This document shows positions 31,613 through 45,967 of a stretch of DNA of 64,000 nucleotides, in pieces. The position numbers were made by a program, and so were the translations under genes. Each line of letters begins with the position of its first letter. Within the stretch, counting starts at the first letter, position 1. The DNA is taken from contig OZ024741.1 of NCBI GenBank assembly GCA_964016885.1, positions 90,086,001 through 90,150,000 on the forward strand, written 5' to 3'. The notes below the pieces were generated by a model. It saw only the letters and a list, made by a program, of their open reading frames with translations. It made no database searches and was not told where the DNA came from. This stretch comes from Eledone cirrhosa. Its lineage: Eukaryota.

Positions 31613-33452
31613 TATACTTGGGGAGGGTCATATTTGCGTAATATTGCCAGAATTAATAACAGAACACACTCACTGTTTGGTTGGTTTTCGCTTCTCGCTG
31701 TCTTTTATATCTGCGATCTAACTTATTCGGTCCTCAATGTTGCCATTGACTGACCGACGGTCAAAAATAATACAGATACAATATAGACACAAACACATAT
31801 ATATAGTTTACATAATTTACATAAATCTTTCGTTGCACATCTGCAACATCGTCAGTGGTGTTATATTCTTTGTTCCTCCTGTTGTGTTGTATGTCTACGC
31901 CATTTTTTATTCAGTCTGTCTATATATTTATTTATTTATTTGCTTGTTTGTTTATCTTATTTTATTTTGTCTTCTTTGCGCATGCGTTTGCGTGTGTGTA
32001 TAGTGTTATGTGTGCTGTGTGACTAGTGTGTATAGTGTTGTGTCTGCTGGGTGACTAGTGTGTGTTTATGTGCTTGTTGTTATTGTGCTTGTGTATGTAT
32101 TTATTTATCTTATTTTATTTTATTTTATTTACTTATTTATACTTCTCTTAGGTCAGTGTTGTTTGTTTGGGTGTTGTTGTTGTTCCACTCATTCTTTCTG
32201 TTTAGCTTTGGTCTTCTAATTTCTATTTCACTGGCCTCTCTGATTTGCCTATCTGCTGGGTCATTCCTATGTTTAGATATTATTCTAATTTCTATGTTGT
32301 CTATGTTACCGTCATGTTGTTGTCTGGCATGTTCGTATAGTACTGACCCGTTTTTTCGTCCTTTTAGTTCCCCCCAGTGTTGGTCTATCCTTTCACCTAT
32401 GCTACGAGCTGTCTCACCTATGTATGTTGTTGTCATGTTTCTGCAAGTACCCTCTGTACATCTTATGCTATAGACTACGTTTCTAGTTTTACAGTTTATC
32501 CGGGGGTTCACCTTACATATGATACATTTCCTATTGGTACAGTGGGTTTTCTTAAAAGGGTAGGTTTTGCTGATCAGGGATTTTATGGTGGTTCCTGGCT
32601 TTTCTACCACCTTTATTTTTAAGTGGGTCTTTCTCAGGGCCTTTCTACACTGGTTAGCTAATTTCCCTCCAGGGGTGGCGTCCACAAACATGACACTCTG
32701 ATATCTCTGGTTGTCGTACCATGATGTGGCCTTCCCTATCTTATGTCTAGCCCTATCTAAGCTATTCCATGATTTGCTCCTGTATAGTGGGCAAATTCCT
32801 TTCATGTCCAGTTCTATGAGGGTCTTATACTTTTCCATGGCTCCTTCGTATACTCTGACTCTGTCTCTTTGGTTGTAGCCAGAGAACTGCATGCGGTTGA
32901 TGAAGTGTTGGATGTGTCTTTCCATTTCTGTTGGGTCGCACATACTGGACACATTCTTCATCACTCGTACCAAATCTGCGATCAGAATATTAAACTTAGC
33001 ACTACTGGACATTGCTGAGTTTTTGAGTATCAGGTATTTGGAGGCCATAGGTTTAGCATAATGTGAGTGGAGAATTTGGGCTCTCTCGTCTATAGTGTTA
33101 ATCCAGAGTTCTGTGTCTAATACAGGTAGTCTATTGTTAGGGTGTTTGGAAGGGAAGTCGATAGTTACAGTTATACTCTGGTGTATGGAATTAGCTATCT
33201 GCTGGATGCTTTCCATCGTGCTACGTTCTAAATCAAACTTGTTAGTGCTCTCTAGTGGGGGTGTTCTTATAACTATATTGATATCGTCTACATAACGAGA
33301 GTACTTGATGAGGTCTATGGAGCTTTCATTAAGGAGATCTTTAAGTCTCCTTTCCCACCATACCATGAAAAGGTTGGCAACATCACCAGCTATGCTGACG
33401 CCGATGGCTGCTCCCTCATTTTGGGTGTAGATTTTCTCATTGAACTTAAATA
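31611..33452 (-). mobile_element. 5'-truncated Penelope-like retroelement (RT C-terminal half, GIY-YIG, pLTR with HHR)
   Basis: ORF below; terminus TATACTTGGGGAGGGTCAT shared with copies at 45972 and 61748. Confidence 0.92.
31819..31858 (-). ncRNA. HHR in the Penelope 3' pLTR (short, imperfect stem I)
   Basis: CA CTGACGA T-GTTGCA-GATG-TGCAAC GAAA GATT TA TG. Confidence 0.7.
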
Positions 33453-33480
33453 TATATATATTACGGAAACAACATAGCAA
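32137..33480 (-). CDS. Penelope RT (partial) plus GIY-YIG endonuclease, open for 447 aa but lacking the N-terminus
   Basis: GAAIG, RYVDDI, LPVLD (RT/thumb); C..C linker; VVYSIRC...YIGETARSIGERIDQH...EASEI..RRPKLN (GIY-YIG). Confidence 0.88.
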   Translation of the reverse strand: MLCCFRNIYIFKFNEKIYTQNEGAAIGVSIAGDVANLFMVWWERRLKDLLNESSIDLIKYSRYVDDINIVIRTPPLESTNKFDLERSTMESIQQIANSIHQSITVTIDFPSKHPNNRLPVLDTELWINTIDERAQILHSHYAKPMASKYLILKNSAMSSSAKFNILIADLVRVMKNVSSMCDPTEMERHIQHFINRMQFSGYNQRDRVRVYEGAMEKYKTLIELDMKGICPLYRSKSWNSLDRARHKIGKATSWYDNQRYQSVMFVDATPGGKLANQCRKALRKTHLKIKVVEKPGTTIKSLISKTYPFKKTHCTNRKCIICKVNPRINCKTRNVVYSIRCTEGTCRNMTTTYIGETARSIGERIDQHWGELKGRKNGSVLYEHARQQHDGNIDNIEIRIISKHRNDPADRQIREASEIEIRRPKLNRKNEWNNNNTQTNNTDLREV

Positions 33481-33867
33481 ATAATATAGTACAATGATAG
33501 ATTAGGTAAAATGTCTTGACGTTTCAGACACAAGTCCTTCATGAGAAGATAGAATGAGAAATAAATAAAGAAATAGTAAAAAAAAAAAAAGAGTGAGAAG
33601 AGGGAGGAACTAGAAAATAGTTTTTGGAGAAAAAGCATGTGTGTTTTCAGTCATATATACATGTATATATGACTGAAAACACACATGCTTTTTCTCCAAA
33701 AACTATTTTCTAGTTCCTCCCTCTTCTCACTCTTTTTTTTTTTTACTATTTCTTTATTTATTTCTCATTCTATCTTCTCATGAAGGACTTGTGTCTGAAA
33801 CGTCAATACACTTTACCTAATCTATCATTGTACTATATTATTTGCTATGTCGTTTCCGTAATATATA
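33455..33867. mobile_element. Spacerless palindrome (~206-bp arms) with an HHR-like motif per arm (33514-33549 minus, 33773-33808 plus)
   Basis: Centre TATATACA|TGTATATA at 33661/33662; TCTT CTCATGA AGGAC-TTGT-GTCT GAAA CG TC AAGA, core carries G5C. Confidence 0.87.
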
Positions 33868-33899
33868 CGTATGTATACATATATATATATATATGTATT

Positions 33900-33997
<98 letters not shown>

Positions 33998-34194
33998 CTC
34001 TGAACATATAAAGCCGCATATCTGAGGAGTTGTCGACGCAGAGTCGGGCCCCCGTTATCATGATCGCACTTTGAGCTTATTGGTATCGAAACAATTGTCA
34101 TATGTGAATAAAGTTTATATATGATACAACCCTGAGACTTTGTTCCTGCTGACTTATATTTTACACTCTTCAGATGAATGGGTTTTCCCATCTA

Positions 34195-35170
34195 TATTAA
34201 TTTGGGGGAACAGCACAGAGAAAGAGTATAAAAAAGACCCACACTAATGTAATAAATTCGTAATATGATCAGCTTGTCTCCCCACAGCCCGGGCGGACAG
34301 AATGGAGAAGGTGTTTCCCCGGAGGACGGCAAGGGAGACGCGTTGGAAAATCCATTCCAACTTGCGAGGCTCACACTTGCGGCTGGCCAGCTCAGCGCCT
34401 ATGGTGGTGAGTTGGTAGGTAGCCCTGGGGCCGAGGACACCAGAAGTTTCCACTGCCAAGGGTACAACTGCAAACCTGTCAGAGAGCGACCGGTATTTGA
34501 GGAGATTGGCCTCCTCAGCCCGACGCGCAGCAGAACCAGGTTGTGGCTGCAGAAAGTGTCGGTGCAAGTGGCATCCCAGACGAGGGGTTTGCCACCGCGG
34601 AACGGGAAGATGGTCATTCCATCTAGCCTTTTGCCGTCCACTCGATCCAGCCCCACTGGCTCGAGCTGGGAAGGGAACCCTGCAGCGTTCAAGCCATGTT
34701 TTATGACCTCGTTGAGGGCTAAAGGCGTGGAAGGCGGCCGGCACTGTGACGACAGGAAAGCGGGTGGAGGCCGAAAGAGTCCACGGTGGAACGCAGCGAC
34801 ATTGGTGTAGCTGGCAGATCCGGAGGCCGAGCCTCAGGAAAACGCCAATTCGCAGGCTGTCTAGCTGCGTGCCAGTGCAGAAGGAGGGCAGGGCATGGAG
34901 CCAGGCACCACTATGGGGTTTCGAGGCCGCACGAAAACAGGCAAGACGGTACTGGTCGAGCTGGCGGGTGAGCCTGTCTGAAGCCAGGCTGCATTGGATG
35001 GCATCCCAAGTACTTTGGGGTGACTTGACGTCAGCAGGGGGAGAAGGAGGAGGTACGTCTACTGGGCTACGTCCCAGCCGGTCCCACGTCTCACAGGCGG
35101 CCTCACGTTCTCTGAACATAGAGGGTTCTATTGTTTTGAAGAACCCTGCTGACGAGGGCGCGGCATTACA
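34195..35170 (-). mobile_element. 3' fragment of an RLE-type LINE, CRE-like, frameshifted and GC-rich
   Basis: GAWLHALPS, LRLGLRIC...CRC knuckle, RLDGMTIFPFRGGKPLVWDATCTDT, VPLAVETSG, QRVSLAVLRGN. Confidence 0.82.
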
Positions 35171-35291
35171 GTTGCCTTTAGCTCTTAGTTAAAGGGAAGT
35201 ATAAACCCTACAGGTAATGAATTTTCGGAACTGCATTGAGTGGTGTGTCTGGCTAGCCACCTGTAACTGTCGTTACACACCTGCTTACTAT

Positions 35292-35326
<35 letters not shown>

Positions 35327-35354
35327 TTTCTGATTTATATATATATATATATAT

Positions 35355-35569
35355 TGGTTTCTGATTTAGACACAAGGCCAACAATTTTGTGAGAGGGGAA
35401 AGTCGACTAAATTGATCCCAGTGTATTACTGGTACTTTATTTCATCGACTCAGTAAGGAAAAAAGGCAAAGCTAATCTTAGTGGATTTTCAATGCTGAAC
35501 GTAAAGGGCCATAATTCTATGCTGCAAAGCATGTTGTCCGACGCTCTACCGATACTGCCAATCCATCGT

Positions 35570-35571
<2 letters not shown>
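35355..35571 (-). mobile_element. tRNA-SINE copy
   Basis: CACAAGGCCA...ATTACTGGTACTTTATTTCATCGAC...CTCTACCGATACTGCCAATCCA. Confidence 0.85.
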
Positions 35572-35654
<83 letters not shown>

Positions 35655-35849
35655 CGTATACATACTTATATTTATATATATATATATAAATATAAGTATG
35701 CATACGTACATACATATATGTATACAGACGTACAGTAGTATGTATATATATATATACATACATGCACAAATATATATATGTACGTATGGATTCACCGAAC
35801 ATTTATTATAATGCTCGGTGTACTAATGTACTAAGAGTGAGAAATGAAA

Positions 35850-36640
35850 TTGAATTTGATAACAGCATCAAACTAGCTAATTTCTTGGATGTATCTCTTA
35901 ATATTGACACTGGCCTATATTACCCTTACCATAAAAACAATGAGAACCTAAATTATGTTAACTTTAAATCTAACCATCCTACTAATATCAAGAATGCTAT
36001 AGTTAGTAATATTGGAAAAAGAATATCTAACCTATCTTCTAATAAAAACATCTTTGATGCTAACGCCAATTACTATAATACCTGATAAAATCAAATATAG
36101 TAAAGAAATAAATTCTAGAAGAACTTACAGTAGAATAATTAATCATGATCATTCCAATAACTTTAATAAAAGACCTAGATACAAAAACATAATCTGGTAT
36201 AATGCTCCTTTCTCCATCTCTATTAATAACAATATTCCTAAATTATTCTTTAGTGCCTTAAATAAATGCTTCCCTCCCTCACATATCTATAGTAAAATAT
36301 TTAACAAACACACTATAAAATTTTCCTATTCTACATCCTCCAACATTTCCAACATTATCTCTAAACACAACAATAAAATACTAAATAGTAAATCTCTTCC
36401 TTCCAACACTGAATATCATGATAATAGTAATAGTACTCCCGACGTCATTGTAAACCCTAGGCTAATTTCTGCAAACCCAAATACAACGTCAAACACAACT
36501 TCGCTAAATGTTCTTAATCCCATTCTAAATCAAGAAACTATTATTCCTATCGCAAATAACTTCTCCAATCCAATTCCTTCTATAGATAACACTAGGTCAC
36601 TCGTTAATAATCTCTCTAATCGCAATTGCAATTGCCCTGT
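35850..36640 (+). pseudogene. PLE RT thumb/linker fragment (second PLE family)
   Basis: NFLDVSLN...YHK...YVNFKSNHP, IIWYNAPFS, CFPPSHIYSKIFNKHTIKFSYS, NCNCP; frameshift near 36080. Confidence 0.78.
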
Positions 36641-36669
36641 TTATAACTCTTTTAACCATCTTTTGTTCT

Positions 36670-36717
<48 letters not shown>

Positions 36718-36720
<3 letters not shown>

Positions 36721-36835
36721 TTGAAAAAAAATGAAAACGAAATTTCATTTCTCACTCTTAGTATGGCACTTACTTAAATGTAAGTATGTATGTATACGTA
36801 CATACATATATGTATACAGACGTACAGTAGCATGC

Positions 36836-36866
<31 letters not shown>

Positions 36867-37362
36867 TATATATATATATATATACATACATATATATATA
36901 CACATATATACACATATGCATACAGGTACACATACATATATGCACGCATGAGTTTAGCCGGCGTTTATTATAACGCCGGCCGCTTTGTTCGTTTGTTTGT
37001 CAACAAAGCGAACAGCCTGAATTTATGCCATACGGTGTTAAGGCAACCACGTCACCTTTTTGTTCAACACTGACACAGGAACGATGTACTAGTTTCAAGC
37101 TTGTTAGCTATCATCAGCACCGTTTACCCATCTGCCAGATAGTTGAACGTTCGAAAGTATATACTTTCCTTATGAAAATTAACGGCTGAGCAGCCTAATT
37201 TGCATATTGAGTGAGTTAAATCGGTCAGGCATACCGAAAACGATAAGTTGAAAAAAAATGAAAACGAAATTTCATTTCTCACTCTTAGTATGGCACTTAC
37301 TTAAATGTAAGTATGTATGTATACGTACATACATATATGTATACAGACGTACAGTAGCATGC

Positions 37363-37393
<31 letters not shown>

Positions 37394-37889
37394 TATATAT
37401 ATATATATATACATACATATATATATACACATATATACACATATGCATACAGGTACACATACATATATGCACGCATGAGTTTAGCCGGCGTTTATTATAA
37501 CGCCGGCCGCTTTGTTCGTTTGTTTGTCAACAAAGCGAACAGCCTGAATTTATGCCATACGGTGTTAAGGCAACCACGTCACCTTTTTGTTCAACACTGA
37601 CACAGGAACGATGTACTAGTTTCAAGCTTGTTAGCTATCATCAGCACCGTTTACCCATCTGCCAGATAGTTGAACGTTCGAAAGTATATACTTTCCTTAT
37701 GAAAATTAACGGCTGAGCAGCCTAATTTGCATATTGAGTGAGTTAAATCGGTCAGGCATACCGAAAACGATAAGTTGAAAAAAAATGAAAACGAAATTTC
37801 ATTTCTCACTCTTAGTATGGCACTTACTTAAATGTAAGTATGTATGTATACGTACATACATATATGTATACAGACGTACAGTAGCATGC

Positions 37890-37920
<31 letters not shown>

Positions 37921-38416
37921 TATATATATATATATATACATACATATATATATACACATATATACACATATGCATACAGGTACACATACATATATGCACG
38001 CATGAGTTTAGCCGGCGTTTATTATAACGCCGGCCGCTTTGTTCGTTTGTTTGTCAACAAAGCGAACAGCCTGAATTTATGCCATACGGTGTTAAGGCAA
38101 CCACGTCACCTTTTTGTTCAACACTGACACAGGAACGATGTACTAGTTTCAAGCTTGTTAGCTATCATCAGCACCGTTTACCCATCTGCCAGATAGTTGA
38201 ACGTTCGAAAGTATATACTTTCCTTATGAAAATTAACGGCTGAGCAGCCTAATTTGCATATTGAGTGAGTTAAATCGGTCAGGCATACCGAAAACGATAA
38301 GTTGAAAAAAAATGAAAACGAAATTTCATTTCTCACTCTTAGTATGGCACTTACTTAAATGTAAGTATGTATGTATACGTACATACATATATGTATACAG
38401 ACGTACAGTAGCATGC

Positions 38417-38447
<31 letters not shown>

Positions 38448-38905
38448 TATATATATATATATATACATACATATATATATACACATATATACACATATGC
38501 ATACAGGTACACATACATATATGCACGCATGAGTTTAGCCGGCGTTTATTATAACGCCGGCCGCTTTGTTCGTTTGTTTGTCAACAAAGCGAACAGCCTG
38601 AATTTATGCCATACGGTGTTAAGGCAACCACGTCACCTTTTTGTTCAACACTGACACAGGAACGATGTACTAGTTTCAAGCTTGTTAGCTATCATCAGCA
38701 CCGTTTGAACAAAAAGGTGACGTGGTTGCCTTAACACCGTATGGCATAAATTCAGGCTGTTCGCTTTGTTGACAAACAAACGAACAAAGCGGCCGGCGTT
38801 ATAATAAACGCCGGCTAAACTCATGCGTGCATATATGTATGTGTACCTGTATGCATATGTGTATATATGTGTATATATATATGTATGTATATATATATAT
38901 ATATA

Positions 38906-38936
<31 letters not shown>

Positions 38937-39432
38937 GCATGCTACTGTACGTCTGTATACATATATGTATGTACGTATACATACATACTTACATTTAAGT
39001 AAGTGCCATACTAAGAGTGAGAAATGAAATTTCGTTTTCATTTTTTTTCAACTTATCGTTTTCGGTATGCCTGACCGATTTAACTCACTCAATATGCAAA
39101 TTAGGCTGCTCAGCCGTTAATTTTCATAAGGAAAGTATATACTTTCGAACGTTCAACTATCTGGCAGATGGGTAAACGGTGCTGATGATAGCTAACAAGC
39201 TTGAAACTAGTACATCGTTCCTGTGTCAGTGTTGAACAAAAAGGTGACGTGGTTGCCTTAACACCGTATGGCATAAATTCAGGCTGTTCGCTTTGTTGAC
39301 AAACAAACGAACAAAGCGGCCGGCGTTATAATAAACGCCGGCTAAACTCATGCGTGCATATATGTATGTGTACCTGTATGCATATGTGTATATATGTGTA
39401 TATATATATGTATGTATATATATATATATATA

Positions 39433-39463
<31 letters not shown>

Positions 39464-39959
39464 GCATGCTACTGTACGTCTGTATACATATATGTATGTA
39501 CGTATACATACATACTTACATTTAAGTAAGTGCCATACTAAGAGTGAGAAATGAAATTTCGTTTTCATTTTTTTTCAACTTATCGTTTTCGGTATGCCTG
39601 ACCGATTTAACTCACTCAATATGCAAATTAGGCTGCTCAGCCGTTAATTTTCATAAGGAAAGTATATACTTTCGAACGTTCAACTATCTGGCAGATGGGT
39701 AAACGGTGCTGATGATAGCTAACAAGCTTGAAACTAGTACATCGTTCCTGTGTCAGTGTTGAACAAAAAGGTGACGTGGTTGCCTTAACACCGTATGGCA
39801 TAAATTCAGGCTGTTCGCTTTGTTGACAAACAAACGAACAAAGCGGCCGGCGTTATAATAAACGCCGGCTAAACTCATGCGTGCATATATGTATGTGTAC
39901 CTGTATGCATATGTGTATATATGTGTATATATATATGTATGTATATATATATATATATA

Positions 39960-39990
<31 letters not shown>

Positions 39991-40049
39991 GCATGCTACT
40001 GTACGTCTGTATACATATATGTATGTACGTATACATACATACTTACATT
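36718..40049. repeat. 527-bp HHR-containing unit: about 3.8 tandem copies, then about 2.5 inverted tandem copies; (TA)n both sides
   Basis: Unit starts at 36718, 37245, 37772, 38299; inversion junction at 38705-38706; identical spurious ORFs recur every 527 bp on both strands. Confidence 0.96.
39178..39216 (+). ncRNA. Minimal type I HHR of the 527-bp unit (also 39705-39743 plus; 37083-37121, 37610-37648, 38137-38175, 38664-38702 minus)
   Basis: GGTG CTGATGA T-AGC-TAACAA-GCT-T GAAA CTAG TA CATC; palindromic stem III ACTAGT. Confidence 0.87.
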
Positions 40050-40146
40050 TATATATATATATATATATGTGTATATATATATATGTGTATATATATATAT
40101 GTGTATATATATATATGTGTATATATATATGTATATATATATATAC

Positions 40147-40217
<71 letters not shown>

Positions 40218-40218
40218 C

Positions 40219-40263
<45 letters not shown>

Positions 40264-40288
40264 TATATACATATATATATATATATAC

Positions 40289-40358
<70 letters not shown>

Positions 40359-40818
40359 GCAAAAGTTCTATTTAAAATTGTTGGGATACAACAAGTAAAT
40401 ATTTTTATAACTGATATAAAGCACTCGACAAATATTTGGAGTAGATATACGATATTAAAGTTTTCATTATCTCCCCCTCTCTCTATATGATATTTCTCTC
40501 TCTTGAGTTTTTCTTTCTGTCTGATGCTTTCCTCTGTTTTTCTTATTTCTTCCTTTTTTCTTTTTTCTTTCTTTCCTCCTGTCTTTATTTATCTCTTTCT
40601 TTTTTCTCCATGCATTTCTCTCTCTCCGATATTTCTCCACGTTTTTTCTTTCTCTCTCTCCGTCTTTTTCTTTCTCTCCGTCTTTTTCTAATTGTCCTTA
40701 ACACTATGACTTATTAAAATAATATAAACAACTCACTATCCGGATGGCTTCCAAAAATAATGGTTGCATTTTAAAAGGGTACGTCAAAGCTTATTTGTAA
40801 AACTGTTATATATTGTAT

Positions 40819-40877
40819 TTTGTCTGATGAAGGCATACCGTAATTTAATTTGGTATCCCTGAAATATGTATAATGAA
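40819..40877 (+). ncRNA. Type I HHR, same family as 30145-30202
   Basis: TTTGT CTGATGA AGGCATACC...GGTATCCCT GAAA TATGTA TA ATGAA; downstream AAATATGG...ATAGTTTCCATTT tail shared with the 24790-24845 and 30100-30150 copies. Confidence 0.78.
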
Positions 40878-40919
40878 ATAAATATGGTCTTATAAATATA
40901 GTTTCCATTTATTAATATC

Positions 40920-41040
<121 letters not shown>

Positions 41041-41055
41041 CATATATACATATAT

Positions 41056-41122
<67 letters not shown>

Positions 41123-41879
41123 GGGATACTATCTATAGTTATGTATATTTTAAACTATAAACAGGGAAGGTCAGTAATTTATTACTACCTTATTACCAGT
41201 AAGATAAATAGCTCAATGTAATAACATCAGTTGTTCTACAGAGAAGATATATTGACAAGAATCAAAGCTATGCTCAAAGCATTTATTCACTTACAATTGT
41301 TTCATCCAAACCTAGGATTGGAGTCTTCGGAGCATTTTTCAATGCTTGTACATATAATTGACCTCCTATCCAACGCAAGAGACATACAGATACATATATA
41401 TATATTGATGTACAGTGGAGTGACATATATTATACTATATTTGTATAGCAATTCAAATTTAAAATCAAAATTAAAATACATGCGGCAGATAACACAGATA
41501 ATGCAAGAGGATAGTTCGATAATCAGATCTAGTAGATAGTGTATGCGTTAGTCATACATGGAGCATGCAAGTGTGTCTCATTTATATACGAGTATTGTGT
41601 GGCAAAGTATTACATGTAATAGAAGCACTTTAAGCGGGTAAGCAAGAGTATTATGGTGGTTGTAGTGGGAGGGTATTTTTTGTATAGATCAAAAAAGTAT
41701 GTGTGCAGAAAAAGAAAAAGAAAAAGAAGGTTATAGTTTTCGCATCCACCACCATTTTCACAGGGTATTTTATCCGATTTTCTCAGTTATCATTTATAGT
41801 GATCAACTATTGTTATAGTCATTTACGTGGAGACGACTACATTTCAAATTTTCCCAGTGTTTCTTAAGTCAACCGGTTG

Positions 41880-41973
<94 letters not shown>

Positions 41974-42131
41974 CTTACACACATACACACATATTGCAGA
42001 TGTCATTCTAAAAATATTTAAATATCTACGTAAGACTAGATTTAACGGAGTACGCCTTAGTAATTAATCTGTATAATGTATATATACACACACATCGATG
42101 AATACACCCACACACATAAAATAGATATGTA

Positions 42132-42164
<33 letters not shown>

Positions 42165-42220
42165 TATATATACATATATATATACACACACACACAAATA
42201 TATATATATATATATATATA

Positions 42221-43886
<1,666 letters not shown>

Positions 43887-43983
43887 TGTATATATATATA
43901 CATATATATATATGTGTATATACATATATATACATATATATATATATGTGTATATACTGTATATATATATATATATATATATA

Positions 43984-44073
<90 letters not shown>

Positions 44074-45280
44074 GTGTATATACTGTATATATATATATAT
44101 ATGTATAAATATATGTATATATACTGTATATATATATATACATATATGTATATATATATATATTATGGAGTGCTGTTGGCTTTTCGATGCAGTGTTTTCT
44201 ATACCTTTCATTTATATATATAGAGAGAGAGACAGATATAGATATAGATAGACAGATAGATATACGTAAAATGTAAAATGTGTGCATAATTGCACCTAGA
44301 TTTTCACCTGCAAATGAAGTTCGATTGAAAGAAATGTAAACTTGCACCACCCTGTTTCATCACAATCTCAACCTAGGAGGTCAGCACATACAAAAGGCTA
44401 CCCCCACCTAAACTCGAAAGGTCTTTAACCTGTTTTGAAATTATCTCAAAGAAAACCTAGTGACTGTCGACATAGGCAGAGACATGACGTAAAATCAATG
44501 CAAGTCCGGACATAACTAACATTAATGATGTTCGTCATCTATGGCTTAGAGGGTTGGACGCCATGCTTTCTAGCATAGTTACGTCCCTTTACAGTCTGCG
44601 TTCAAATCTTTGAGACAAGTGCTATGACCTTATGTTTGATATTCTATGAGTTTGAGAAGCATTTGTAATAGGTAGTCTTTTAACTATCATTTACTACGTA
44701 AACACATAGTATTTCACACAAAATGTAATCTTACTGCACAGAATTAGATTTAGAACTATACAAGTGGTGGTCAACTGTACACTAACATTAGATTTTCTGA
44801 AAAACATTTAAGACAGATACTTATTGTTCTTTTTGGGGTCTGATACTTATTTATCGGTATCTAAGAAAGTGCGGAATATTGTTTTGACATAAAGGGTTGA
44901 ACCTCGAATCTCTTGGATATCGGACGAGTTCACTATACTTGCCGGCGCCTTTGTCAACTTTTTTCCGTCTCCAGGAGTACTTTTCTGAACTACTATTTGT
45001 AGTGGTCGACTATTACTATGATCATTTGCGCTGGGGCACACGCATTTCAAATTTTTCTAATGATTTTTAAGTCAATCGCTTCCTTCAAACTTTTAGCTAA
45101 TGGCTTAAAATCTTCTAAAATACGGAATTGTTGGACTGTAGTTCTAATGAGTGGTTAACGCACTCTCTCTGCATCCGAGAGATGTTGGGTTCGATTCTTC
45201 TTTAGCGTTTCTGTCCACTTTTTCCCTGACACCAGTGGTACTTTATCCGATTTTTACAACTATTATGCTATTATGGTCAT

Positions 45281-45361
<81 letters not shown>

Positions 45362-45665
45362 AATTTAAATAGGTATTTTTAAAACTTATTTGTATTTCTT
45401 ATTCCACAATGCTTCAAGCAAACTACAACACTTTGTTATATATATATAACTGAGCTCTAACCAGTACAAGTTTTAACCCAAAACACACTTATATACGTAA
45501 ATATGTTTTATGTATTTCTCTATAGAGTGAAAAAATTATTATCTTGAGTCGTTCTAGTTCTAGTCTTCTTCTTCAGAGGCTGTGTACATCTCATAACCTA
45601 TGGAGAGATACGCAACTAATAGGTTTATAAAACAACTAAATGTAACAATAATAGTGCACTGTACC

Positions 45666-45845
45666 AATTTGCATATTATAAGTGTTTATGTTGGTAGGTA
45701 ATTTAATTACCTATACAATTTGCATATTATTAGTGCTTATGCTGGTAGGTAATTTAATTACCTATACAATTTCCATATTATTAGTGCTTATGCTGGTAGG
45801 TAATTTAATTACCTATACAGTTTGCATATTATTAGTGCTTAGGTT
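45666..45845. repeat. 51-bp minisatellite x3.5 with internal hairpin and octamer motif
   Basis: AATTTGCATATTATTAGTGCTTATGCTGGTAGGTAATTTAATTACCTATAC. Confidence 0.85.
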
Positions 45846-45967
45846 AGTATTTAATTAAATTATGTATACAGTAAATATGCATGCATCTGTACAGAAACTG
45901 TACAGGATTTAACAAGCTACGAGAACCCCCAGATTTATATAAGTAATAAACTGTGAGAACTCACGTT

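Noticed and set aside
45135-45215. tRNA gene
   Set aside because: A/B-box-like motifs but no convincing acceptor stem; more likely a SINE head.
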